Positions 47,135 to 59,126 of a DNA stretch of 64,000 nucleotides are shown piece by piece. Below the pieces are notes generated by a model, which saw nothing but the letters and a program-made list of their open reading frames with translations, did no database searches and was not told the origin of the DNA. Both the position numbers and the translations under genes were made by a program. Every line of letters begins with the position of its first letter. The first letter of the stretch is position 1. Source of the stretch: Perkinsus chesapeaki ATCC PRA-425 (lineage: Eukaryota > Protista > Perkinsozoa); contig JAAPAO010000094.1 of the NCBI GenBank assembly GCA_013115145.1, forward strand, positions 16,080 through 80,079. The letters run 5' to 3'.

Positions 47135-49375
47135 CTATCTTCTATCCTTTTTCCTCCTCCGCCGACTCCTCCCTCCCTTCCCAGTGTTTCTATCGTGATT
47201 GTGCATTGGCGCTCCGAGCCGAGCAGTGGGATCGTTCAGAACCAACAGCCTGTTCAATCTCTCATCAACACTCTCCTTGGACGCCACAAGGTCATCGCTG
47301 TCTGCCAGGCTAGGGGCGGTGAAGTAATCTTCACTCACCGTGCAGGAGGCTGCTCTGTCCCTGCGATCTCTGTCAGAGACATCGTCGGGGGCCCCTCTAG
47401 GCGAATTGAAAACCGCCGAGTCGCTTCCGGTCCCATCGTCATTCGGAAGCAGTTCTTTAGTAATAGCTTCTTTTGTTAACCGCAAGTCAACAGTCTCAGC
47501 TGCACTTGAACCATGCAGTGCGGCCGGTGCGAGAACCGCCTCCTTGTCGAAGGTGGCGGAATTTCCTCGCTCAGAAGTAGCCTGAGTCCTCGGCGATGAC
47601 ATTGTCTCAACTACAGTGGAGCGACTTTGTTGCTCCATAACAGCCTCAGTGCCAAGCGTTGCCATCTCCTCAACAACGGAATGAAGACCATCGATTGAGC
47701 AACGAGGCTCGACCACCTCTGTCGATGCACCATACTGCTTTGCATCATACTCAGTGTTCGGTGATGCCGAATCCTCAACTATTAAAGAGCCTTTTTCACC
47801 CGAGCAGTTCTCATTGACCGGTTCCGCACTGTTTTCGGCCTCATCTGAACGGGGCTTCGAGTCCACAGCGGAGGCATCTCCAACGTCAATAGCCGATGTG
47901 AAGTTCATAACGGTGGCCTCGAGCTCAACTAGGTTCTGCTCCTTCTCGGCAGGGTCGACCTCACTCGCCATATCGTCATACAAACTCGATATGTGACCGA
48001 AGCTTCCCTCATCATCCTTGGGAATCCTGCGCCACATAAAGCTGGCCTCAGCTGAACCATAATCGTCAGCATTAACGATCACCGGCGCCGCTCGGGGCTC
48101 CTGGCTCTTCAGCGGGACTTTCCCCGATGCATTGTCCGAAAGTCGTAGGTCAGCGACAGAGCACTGCGGTTCAGCGTGGTGATGCGGCAGGCCAGCATCT
48201 TCCTCCCAGCGGTGTCTGCTCTCAATAGCGGCGATAATCTCCTGAGCTTGGGGCGAATAACGGTTGCACCAGCCATTCCTGCGTGGCGGGGCGTAGGCGG
48301 CGGGTGGCTCCACCGGATAGTGATAGGGTTCGGGTGGCGAGTAGCCGGAGATATCGGCCTCTTCAACGACCCTCGCAGCTTGGAGTCTATATGATGGTGT
48401 TGTTGGCGAGTATATTTTCGAAGAGCTAGCCGAGGTGCTGGCACTGGGAATGGTACCCGACTTCTTGTGGTCGATCTGCAACCGGTACTCGTTGCCGTGT
48501 GTGTCGGTAACATATGTGACGACACGTTCGATCGAGGCGTCAGGGATGTCGACAAGCTCCTTGATGAAGTCTTCTCCTCGCCTGCTCAAATGCCTTGTGC
48601 TGCTAGTGTGCCGTTCTCTCCTCTCCGTTGAATCACATCTCCGTCGGTGGGAATCAACCCTACCGCTCGGCCTTCCCGACCCATACCGCTCCCTCCTCCC
48701 ATCGCGCCTAGGTCTCCTAGAATGCGCGGGACTCGAGCTCCTATCGTCGCGTGAGCGACGGCGCCTGTGGTGACTAGACCGGCGCCGCTGCCGGCGTACA
48801 TGATCACGGTATCCTCCATCAGAGCCACGATGACGTTCCCGTCGATCAGCGTGGCCCCGGTGTCTAGAATGCTCGCGACCATAACCAGCACCGCCTTGAA
48901 AGCCCGGTTCCTGAATGCTATCGTTGTCCACATTGTGCCGCATATCCCTGTAATCTCTGGGCTCATGGGGGACAGCAGTAGGCCACTCCGCACAACGCTG
49001 CGCAGTTCTGTCGGCGTCACGTACATCAGAGCTTCCGTAGCCGACGTCGTACTGCTCAAACGGCTGGCCGTCCTCGAAGCCCAAGGAGTTGTGGTAACCG
49101 TCCATACCGTAGGCAGATGCAGAGGTGTACGTAGTAAGAGGAGGGTTACCATAGGAAGGATAGGAACCGTTGTACTGCATGCTCCCCGGATATGGCACCT
49201 GACCACCATGGTCGATGGGTGGCCGTCCTTGAGAGTAGTGGTGCACTGATCGAGCACCGTGTACAGCTTGCCGGGCTTGTCGATAAGACCGGGGTGGCAC
49301 ACGAGGACAGTACACATTGGGAGGAGCATAGGAAGGGCCAGACTGACGTTGTTCATAGTAGGAGGGACTTGACAT
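47135..49375 (-). CDS. Intronless low-complexity (Y/P-rich, R/H/S-rich, acidic) hypothetical protein
   Basis: Uninterrupted ORF of about 746 codons from MSSPSYYEQ. Confidence 0.7.
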   Translation of the reverse strand: MSSPSYYEQRQSGPSYAPPNVYCPRVPPRSYRQARQAVHGARSVHHYSQGRPPIDHGGQVPYPGSMQYNGSYPSYGNPPLTTYTSASAYGMDGYHNSLGFEDGQPFEQYDVGYGSSDVRDADRTAQRCAEWPTAVPHEPRDYRDMRHNVDNDSIQEPGFQGGAGYGREHSRHRGHADRRERHRGSDGGYRDHVRRQRRRSSHHRRRRSRDDRSSSPAHSRRPRRDGRRERYGSGRPSGRVDSHRRRCDSTERRERHTSSTRHLSRRGEDFIKELVDIPDASIERVVTYVTDTHGNEYRLQIDHKKSGTIPSASTSASSSKIYSPTTPSYRLQAARVVEEADISGYSPPEPYHYPVEPPAAYAPPRRNGWCNRYSPQAQEIIAAIESRHRWEEDAGLPHHHAEPQCSVADLRLSDNASGKVPLKSQEPRAAPVIVNADDYGSAEASFMWRRIPKDDEGSFGHISSLYDDMASEVDPAEKEQNLVELEATVMNFTSAIDVGDASAVDSKPRSDEAENSAEPVNENCSGEKGSLIVEDSASPNTEYDAKQYGASTEVVEPRCSIDGLHSVVEEMATLGTEAVMEQQSRSTVVETMSSPRTQATSERGNSATFDKEAVLAPAALHGSSAAETVDLRLTKEAITKELLPNDDGTGSDSAVFNSPRGAPDDVSDRDRRDRAASCTVSEDYFTAPSLADSDDLVASKESVDERLNRLLVLNDPTARLGAPMHNHDRNTGKGGRSRRRRKKDRR

Positions 49376-49793
49376 CACAAGGCGGGCCACAACAAACAAA
49401 CTGAATAGGCGTATCTTACAAAAACACTACACCGAACTTGTGGACTGAAGTTCGGTTGCAGGTATTCGATTTGGACATCACTGAGACGTAGACGCTGACC
49501 TCGATGAGCGAGTGTACTGCACAACTGCCTAGACATCTCGTGCGATGCCAACCATCGAAGTCCTGTGAAAGCAGAACCGCGAATATAAAGGGGGTGGTGC
49601 AATCCCGCCGAGCTCGCTGAGCTTATAGTAAAGTCGAACCGAAGTGGAGTGCTGTTGCCCCACCTGGCTCAAACGTAACCGGTTTACATAATCTCAGCAC
49701 CAGAAGTTCTATAGAAGTCGCACCGGTCGTCCATTGGTGAGATAAGCTCAAGACAGGGAGTGACAACAGAAATTCAACTACATCGCAATGATT

Positions 49794-52102
49794 TCAAAAT
49801 AGGTGTGACAGCTGTTTAAACATCTTGAAACGGAAGGGCGGAAAGTGCTCGTGATTAGGCAGCTTTATGTCTTCAATCAAGTCGGGCGGAGGACCTGACG
49901 CACAGGAAATGAAAAAAGGCGGAGCGAAGCTGATAACGTTACTCAGTTCATCCAGCACAATATTATCGTCTTCTGGAAGGTCGTCCATTCGTTCGAGATC
50001 ACGTAGGACATCCGCCAGTACAAGGTTGCCGTCTGGAAATGATGCAGAGATTCTCATGAAGAACTGCGTAAGTGTAGCTTACCACTCTGAGCGTTAACCC
50101 GTCTGAGCTGCGCCAGCAAAACTTCCCTTCGAACGGTCCGTTCATCCGCGAGCCGCTCAGCCAGCGCACGCCGGGACCAGTACCGATAGCTGTCAAAGAG
50201 TAGAGTGGGGATGACAGTGACATGCTAGTTACCTTTTCCATCTTAGTCGATAGCCTGGCCTCGATCTAGCTGCCTCCACTCCCAACGTGCCAACCCATTG
50301 CTCACCACCATCGGTGAACGTGAACTCTAATGTGGACTGAAAAGGGCTTTCCATCAAGAGCGTATAGGAATGAAGGAATCGCCTCTAACGGGGGAATTAA
50401 CCTAGTCGAAGCTTAGTAGGAAACTGAGTTTAAATCGACGATCTCCGAGAGTTCATGGCTCGAAGCTCATGTGATCAGCCGTTTTCAGGGTACCGAGTAA
50501 TATTAGATAATTTCGATGTGGTCTGTCGCACTGTTGTTGAGGGTAGGACATGCCCCATAAAGGTATGGTTTTATTGCCCTGAGCCTGTGGAACCCTGAGC
50601 AAGCTGCTCAAATTACACAGGTGACCGGAGCCGAGGCTGAGGTGGGATTATGTGCGGGTACGGAGTAGCCTATATCGCCATAATAATCTCCATGAAATGC
50701 TAACTAGTTAGTATCGGGGAAAATAACAAACACAATATTAACATTCTGGCTACATAGTAACCACCGTGGAGCAAATGCGAGGACATCTCACCTTATCGCC
50801 CTCGGGATAACTCCATTTGCACTCTGAGACACCATCAACAATTTTCTGCTGTTTGCTAGACACCACACCAGTGAAACCGCGAACGGGGTCATAGTCCCGA
50901 AGAAGCTGAACAAAAATAAAAAACAAAAACTACGCTCCGCTAGGCTTACATCGATCGCGGCTTTTACCGGCTTGTTGGCCGCCTTGGCTATCTCCAGGTT
51001 CCTCACAACCGCTTCTGGCAGCCCCCTGAAATAGACAATCAGATTCACCACAACAGGGCGCATTGGTGAAACGCTAGAGCCATCATACTTACGATGCGGA
51101 ATGGTTATTGGCCTGTAGCTGCGACATGGTAGGAAGCTGAGATGGCTCACAACGTAACATTAGCATCTTTCCAGAGGGAAGAAACCTAACACAGCTCCTT
51201 TTGACCGAACCGTGTAATTACCTACAGGCTTACCGCACCAACCTGTAATATGTGACGGTCAGTCTTTGCCTGTTGTCCGTCAGAGACGCTCCTTCCTGGA
51301 TGCGTCTAGTGTATTGGCATTTGGAGATGTAAAGGCCATCGTAACGCACGCCACTGCGATACTTACACAGCTGACGACCTTCAATGGGATCTCGACTCTC
51401 TGAAAGAGACACCATTATCATACCGCTCCTTCCTCGAGTCCCACTAGAGTATCGCATCCACACTGAGCTCTGGCGAGAGGCAGAATAAAAGGCCGAGCAT
51501 ACTGTGCTGACACGCTCCAGAGAAGGGATATCTAGGAACCTGTCGACACAGCTCGGAGATGGAATTGCCTTAACAATCTCTAGACGACCGATGACAAGCC
51601 GAAAACAGCGGAGACGCCGACGCGAGGGCATGCCGAAGATTGCACCGCAATAAGCAAGATACTCCTTGAGAAAGTACAGGCAAGCAGAGCATGGGAGATT
51701 AGCTCGGTTATGTCCTTACGATAATGGTCCTTGCAGCATCTCAAATGGAAGGTCAAGGATACTGTTGATTCTTGGAGCCAAGAAAGAGAGGCTCCTGATA
51801 CCCCCGACCACTGGGGCACCCGAGGAACTGCGAACTCGAATGATCTGAGGCTGCAACCTGAAGAAAAGTAACTCGACTCCGCGTGCATTTTACAAAGGGG
51901 CAAATAACAAAATTGCGAAACGAATAGCACTAATAAAAGGAAATAAAAGAGAGGACTATTTCATATTGTAGGCTTACGACGGCGCGCTGTGGTAATAGCG
52001 GGAGGAGGAGCCGATGCTCTCGTCCTCTTCCTCGTCATCATCCTCATCATCATCTCCGCCGTTTCCCCTGTAAGCGTTCGCACCATTTTTCATTGATGAC
52101 AT
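49794..52102 (-). CDS. FBXO9: FBXO9/Hrt3-like F-box protein; whether the 3' exons belong to this gene is uncertain
   Basis: FLDIPSLERVSTVCSAFYSASRQSSVW and VRYDGLYISKCQYTR...VTYYRLVRF resemble the FBXO9 family. Acidic N-terminal exon from ATG 52102. Confidence 0.65.
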
Positions 52103-52841
52103 GCTCTTTGCTTAAGATGGTCAGAAATGAGGGTAGCCGATCATGAAAGATCAACTGATACCAACCACTTTCGTTGAGTTTGCCGCAGCCGCTTGAACAC
52201 TTGGGCCGTTGTTGCTATCGTTGCGACGTGAATTATACCAGGGACTCGGACTATGTAACACATTCAATGATCACATATAGCATATTGCTGATCGCGCGCA
52301 ATGTGACAGACTCTTCGTGCACTCAATACATACCTATAAACAAGAGGCAAAATGACCTAAGTATGGCCTCCCAGTGTACTTATACCTATAACATAAAGTA
52401 AATACAATATCAAATGACACACATGATAGGAATACGACACTATATACAAGAACGCCTACAAGCACGTCTAGTAGTAGCCTTGCGTCGATCTACCTTTACC
52501 TTAGGTCGATTCAAACTTTTCAGTGGTACAAATTCCTAACACTGCTATGCGACGTATTCCCATAAACTAATGGGTACGATGACCCAGTATAGACCCAAAA
52601 TCAGAAAGGCGTGGACTGGAATCACTAGGGATCAAGCTATTCGCCTCTGGTCTGAATAGGTTTTGGGGAACTTTTCACATGGAGGATGCCTGCCTCTAGG
52701 GAATCATCCACAACACAAGCAACTGATTGAATGTAGGACGTGCAGATCACAATGGATTCGCAATTCTGCGGATTGTCAACACAACTCAAAGTAATCACTC
52801 ACGTCTGTGCATAATGGTAAAACTGGTAAGTGTTGGTTGCT

Positions 52842-55375
52842 CTATTGGTAGCTCCAACGATGAACAGCGTTGTCGTAGAAAGAACAGCTTACAACACCTC
52901 CTGTCTTGGACACCGAGGTGATGCCGTATGCCATACTCTCGTGACCGGTGTACCTGAGGGAACCGCAAGAGCTACACTTCAAAGAAAACCGAGACGTCTC
53001 AAGCATTCAGATAATTCGAGTGGGTATGGAGAATGCATCTTGTGACACACTGGATCCTTTAAGCTAGGAATACGTTCTCTAGACCATATACTTCAAGATT
53101 TTTATACCGTTGTTGTCAAGGCAGCGAAAAGCAAACAGTGGCGGACGGATTAAGATCCCGCCACACCGTGAGTTTCAGCGAGCAGTAACTTGCCACTAAA
53201 CATTATCTCTACCGTGGGAGGTTATTTGCTGTAGAGAAGCCTTCAAGATAGTAGTTCGCGAATCGGTAGTCGGCCAACTTACTCCCCAATTCTCTCTGCC
53301 TCCCTTCCATGCAGTAAGTCATCCAAGCGCCAGACTTCACAGCCACCATAACACCCTGCTATCAAGAGGTCCTTGCCCGTAATAGACCGCTTCATTCGCC
53401 ACACGCCACCAATCTACAGCGTTGAGGAAACGCAAGATACCGCAAGATGAGCAAGATATCATTACCGCAGCTTGGCGAACAACACACTGCATTGAGCTAG
53501 TATCGCAGGTTTGATCAGCAACACCATAACGTAAATCCCAAACTCTCACCTAACAACAAATGACAGTAAAACCTGCAACTAGTAGCAACTTCAAAATTTC
53601 AATCCTGTAACTTCTTCCGGGGTGCTGCTCACGTGGCTCCGAAACTTAGCTCTTATGCCGCTGACAAGCCGCACCTAGGAATCAACGGCGCGTTCTTACG
53701 TTTTCATCGTAGCTGCCTGTCAGTAATCGACGACCATCATCAACGAACAGGTATGCTGTTATACCAGCTTCGTGCTCGCGACGATCCAACACAATCTGAA
53801 ATTACCAGAGTGTAAATGGAAGGATTCATGAGACCATTTACTTGCAACAACGGTATTAATTACAGTGGCCGAATACAAGTGAGAAAAGAGAAGATACTAA
53901 GGGGAATAAAAAAGGAAGAAAAATTACCAAAGTAGGTGAAAAAGGAAAAAGGAGGAAACTACTGAGGGAAACTGAAAAGGGAAAAGGGGAAAAGACAAGG
54001 AATACTTAGGACAATAAGAAATGAAAAGAATGCAAAAATAATAAAAAATTTATACAATAGAAGATATCAACACACAGTGCGTTGCCCCCCTCACCGGTGC
54101 ATCTGTGTTAGGGGTTCTAACATCCCAAAGCTTCATCCTGCAATCGTCTCCTCCAGTAGCAAGAACACTCTCATCAGGAGAGAGACAACCTGGGAACAGC
54201 AAACTGGGAAACAACCACATTGCGTTTCGTGGAGGAGCATGCTGGCAGGCTCGGAAGATACAGCCACAAGCAATTCCCTAACAAAACAAGCTTAGTGTGC
54301 CTCGGTGGAACTAAGACGAGACAATTTCTCACAAAGAGGCTGCCAATACTATCTGAGTATATCAAGGTATACTAAAAAGATTTTTACGGTTTGCCCAAGA
54401 AAAATGCTGACCGTGCTACGGAGACGATGTCCTGAAACCGAAGCTGAACGGTTCTGCATTTTACGATCAAAAAGCACGTAATGAAGGTCGGCCAGCTCCT
54501 TACATGTCCATGATTCCATCTTGGGATCGTGAGCTTGCCATGAGCTCACGACCTCCCCTCTGACACCATCCACCAAGGCAACTTCGCCTCCAGTCGCTAA
54601 AGTCGCTATGCGACGGCCCCCTAAGGAAGAGCAACTCGCAATGCATTTCATCGTACACATGGGGCTCCTTAGCGGAAGCCCTCGGAGTTATACGATCATA
54701 AATAACTTATAATATAGCCTGGAAGTATGAGGAGAAAGAACACGAGTAGATCTTGGGAATCAGATTGCTGGCAGAGATCAAACTTGAACCGTCGGTAACC
54801 ATCAGACCAAAGATTCTATACGCTGACGGTTCGCTTCCGCCTCCGTAGAAACTGGGTGAGTACGCTTCTCTCAGCAGTTCGACTATGCAGCCCGTTTTAC
54901 TTTTCGAAGCGTCCAATCCTATAGCAACTCCCTTGGCCCCCTCCTCATGGAATACAGGCAATCTTGACGTACAGTCGATTTTCCGACCATCTTCAGAGAC
55001 CGTAAAACTAGATAAGAAAAACGGCTCGTACGCGCTCAGGTGCATGCTATCGCCTACAACTCAAGGCCTCCCTCAGCGGTGCAGGCAACTAACGTATCTT
55101 CTCCGGTCCACCGAAGGTCAAGTATCTTAGCTTGATGTATGCACCTCGTACCCAGGCACTATAACCTACCCCGGTGCAATCCTCTCCGGTCATTTCAGAC
55201 AGCACACTGCCGTCTCCAGCGTCCAAAATCACAAGGCCCCCTTCGCGGACGCCTGTAGCCTCATCAAATTCGTACATACCTGGAGGGCAACTCTTTTTAA
55301 GAACATTGTACGGTAGTGCGAGGACATCCCTGTCAAACCCCACAATAGCATGTGAATCTTAATGCCATCGCTCAT
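52842..55375 (-). CDS. DPH7: Diphthamide biosynthesis WD40 protein; start uncertain
   Basis: GMYEFDEATGVREGGL; SWQAHDPKMESW; LATGGDDCRMKLWDVR; EHEAGIT...LLTGSYDENVRVWDLR; HESMAYG...SCSFYDNAVHRW. Confidence 0.8.
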
Positions 55376-57532
55376 GCAACGCTAACCGTTTTCTCACTTC
55401 TAGGTTGCTATTATATCTTCACAATACTCTACAGCGCATTCGCGTTTGTTGGGCAAGTCGATTAGAATCGAACATTTCACGTAAGAGTGATCAAAGTGAA
55501 CCTTGATATAGCTATTAGACGAGAGGAATCGATTGGTATAATGGAATTCATGTAGTAGTGCGCAGATTTGATACATTGCCGAAAGCAAGCAAGTCGTTAC
55601 CTACCAATCGCTAGTCGTCGCTGATCATCTAAATCAGCTTCCACTACATCAGGATGGAATGGCGCTGTCCATTTCCAACGAAATGAGGATGATTCGATAG
55701 GCATTAAGAAACACGACAACTTAAATACGACAACTATATGGCTGAGCGTAATCCTGGTACATCGCGGACGCCGAGTTCATGATAATATCACTGTTAATAT
55801 TGCTAACATTGACCGTTGATCGTTGACAATATAATTGTCAACTTTAAAAGTAGCGCGAGACGAATATAATTCTAATAGACTGCAGGAAGTATCCAACCAG
55901 ATTTTGCAGCAACGTACATACCACAACTCCAATCTTAGGAGATACATTCAACGATTCCCGTAGCTCTTGCTGAGACCCGCCCTTGGCGAGGCCGCCGATT
56001 CTGTCACGTCTCGGGAAATAGTTCGTATTCACGTGACGAGGCTACTCGTCCCATTCCCAATAGTGCTTCGTGAATACACAAAATACAATTGTTGATAGTT
56101 GATATATTGTTATCATATAATACTAATACATTGGTAATGTCCAATGTCATTGTTAAGGTTGCGGATGTACCAGAAATGAAGTAAAAAACGGTTTGAAAAC
56201 TCAACCTGTGACGTACTTCAACGAAACAACAGTCTTACGAGGGTATATACACAAAAATACTATGGTGAAGTGCAGCGGATGGGGAATAGAGATAGATACT
56301 CAACCCAACAGGATAGGCTCTGAGAGCAGCTTATCCAATGCTTTATATACTTAGTATCGGTTCACATGAGTGATACATGAAACCGTTCATGCAAAGATAT
56401 GCACTAAGATACTTATCACAATATTCAGCGTGCGCAGGCAGGAGGGAGTATCCTCCAGAAGAAGCTATGGCATAGCTCCTTCACCATAGCTGCTATGCCG
56501 GTGACACCAAACGCGCGCTTCGGGTTGCACGTATGGTTACGCTTTTTGGTAGCCGACCACTGGCTGGAAATGTTATCCGGATATCTTTATGATATAACTG
56601 CAACTACATCGGGTATAAACAAGTCGAAGCATCCGAGCCAAGCGTACGAGTGACTGTTTAATATATTATAATATTTTATTAAAATGAATCAACTAAACAG
56701 TAAAATTCAATCAGTAAAATTTAATCGAGCACAGTGTGGACTTCATTACCGAACTCCACTGGCGTAGCCTCCACGCCGTTCTCGCAATAGAAGTGGGAGC
56801 GATGACAACTGGGAGAGTCAGCTGGGCGAACGGCAGCACAGTTGCCGACTCGACTATCTCGGCAATGCCGAGATCCACACAAAAAGCAAGGTCCACAAAA
56901 GCATGTGTGTATGCTAGTCAGGTTGCATGACCCGGGGCCCGGGCACACAGGTGTCATAATATCGGTAATATAGGAGAATAACATATCGGCCAGAACAGTT
57001 TCCTACTCCGGTCTGAAAGTCCCATGCCAGATGCCGTGATGAGTGACGCGATGCGTGACGTGACCGGCGGTTCTGGTTCCCTCTTTGAAGGCACTTCCAC
57101 TTCTGCTCCATTGGATTCGTGCCTGCCAAATTTCAACCGTTGCACATGGGCCCGCGCCTGTTATATTGTAGCGTCGCTTTTCGGTTACATGCCTCAGAGA
57201 GTATCTGGAACCTCCCAGCTCGACCATCTAGGGAACAGTTACGGCCTTGGGATGTGTGCACGCATGCACCGAAGCCACTTGACGTGGCTCAAGGGCAAAA
57301 ATACCGGGAAGTTTTCAACCTCAGTTTGAGGAGCAACTTTGGCAACATTTACCGTAGGGCATCAGCATACTTCCGCCACTTACACTGTACAAATGGGGTT
57401 AACTCGCTTTTAAAATGTAGACTAATACTGGAGAGGAAGAATGGATGGGGCACCCATCCATTTCAAGTACTGGGAGGAAGGGGAATAGACATTCAAAAAG
57501 TATCATATTAAGCATAATCTTTTTTCCAACCT

Positions 57533-58525
57533 ATGTCGTTCATTATCTTCACATCCTGGGTTGTCGGGTCAGTGATCGGCATGCGAGACCTCGAGAAATT
57601 TCCGGTGGATAATAACCTCCCCGTCAACGACCCGCTATACAAGAAGCAGCTGCCTTACCTCCAAGCCATTGGTGTCCCAGATGCGTGGAAGCGCTTAGTA
57701 TCAACTCCAGTTAAGAGGGAGAAGGTTACCGTAGCTGTCATCGACAGCGGTGTGCAGTCGGACCATCCCGACTTGGTTGCCAATGTTATCAAAGGCTATA
57801 ATGTTATTGACCATAACGATGATACCCATGATAGGAATGGGCACGGCACTAAGATGGCCGGTGTTCTCGGTGCCACTCTTAACAACTCTATCGGTTTAGC
57901 AGGTGTGATAGATCTTGTAAAAATCATGCCAATTTTCGATGGCAAACCTGTTCTATCTACAGCGACGACTGATGCCGTGGATTACGTCATCCGCAACAGG
58001 AAAGAGTTCAACATCAAGATCATACTGATGGCAACTACGTTTGAAAGAGAGGATAAGGCGCTCACTGATAAAGTAAAAGAGGCTACTGAAGCAGGAGTTC
58101 TGATAGTAGTCCCTGCTGGCAATGACGGGGAGAATATCAGCGTTCGGAAACGTTACCCGTGCGCTTTTACTGAGAAGCTTAAGGGAGTGCTGTGCGTTGC
58201 TGCCACCGAGAAAGCCGAGGCGAAACTTATGAAGGAGTCGAACTTCGGAAATTACGTCGATATTGCTGCTCCGGGTCGCGATATTATCGCCACAGGTAAG
58301 AATAGCGAGTATACATCGGTGTATGGTACTTCCCCAGCATCAGCCATTCTTGCTGGTGTGGCTGCGATGCTCTACAGTCTCGTTCCCAATCTAGCTCCTG
58401 GTGACGTTAAGAAGATACTTAAGGATACTGCCAAGGTGCGTGTGAAGGATTCAAGTGGAAAGATAACTTTCCCCTTTGGACGTGTTGACGCTGGCCAGGC
58501 TGTAGCAAAGTTGATCCCCGGTTAG
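57533..58525 (+). CDS. Secreted subtilisin-like (S8) serine protease, intronless
   Basis: Hydrophobic N-terminus; catalytic motifs VAVIDSG, NGHGTKMAG, PAGN and YGTSPA. Confidence 0.92.
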   Translation: MSFIIFTSWVVGSVIGMRDLEKFPVDNNLPVNDPLYKKQLPYLQAIGVPDAWKRLVSTPVKREKVTVAVIDSGVQSDHPDLVANVIKGYNVIDHNDDTHDRNGHGTKMAGVLGATLNNSIGLAGVIDLVKIMPIFDGKPVLSTATTDAVDYVIRNRKEFNIKIILMATTFEREDKALTDKVKEATEAGVLIVVPAGNDGENISVRKRYPCAFTEKLKGVLCVAATEKAEAKLMKESNFGNYVDIAAPGRDIIATGKNSEYTSVYGTSPASAILAGVAAMLYSLVPNLAPGDVKKILKDTAKVRVKDSSGKITFPFGRVDAGQAVAKLIPG

Positions 58526-59126
58526 GAATATTATATCATCCCACATCATAAGTTAAAGCCTGCATTTTACTAAATGGTTTCCCACTTTTTTGCACAGAAA
58601 AAAACCGTGGTCTCTGTGACGGCTGTGAAACATGGCAAGGTGTTGTAGCTGCTTCTGAAGATACGGTCATATGCCCTTTTCACATTTCCCTGCTTACGAA
58701 GGCATGCTTTCACGCGTGATGCACTAACAAGTTTACTACACTTTGCGAATTTCGCTCCACTGGAGCGAAAGCCTGGCAGGCTTTTTCATAGTCATCTGGC
58801 GGTTCGTGTTATCTTAATATCACAAGCACACCTTGTACTGGAAAAAAAGATATACCGGCGGGTTCTCGGACCACTCACCAACGGCAGGGCGGTAAACGAA
58901 ACGTCCATCTCTAGTGAGCCACGTTGCGGATACCAGCCAAATACGATATACATTCACATTGTTAGAAAGCTTGTCATCAGCGAAGATAGAATCTCACTTC
59001 GGCGATATGACCAAACCAAATGCGATACAATCCATAGGATGAAGAAAGTCTACCGAAACCACTGAGTGTCCAAACTTGACACAACAGGTACATGATCACA
59101 CACTTCTCAGTTAACATGTATTCCAC

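Noticed and set aside
48586-49356. 256-aa and other overlapping ORFs within the 754-aa ORF
   Set aside because: Alternative-frame shadows of a GC-rich low-complexity CDS.
58560-59050. Short palindromes and A-runs downstream of the subtilisin as a possible MITE
   Set aside because: No terminal inverted repeats or target-site duplication could be identified.
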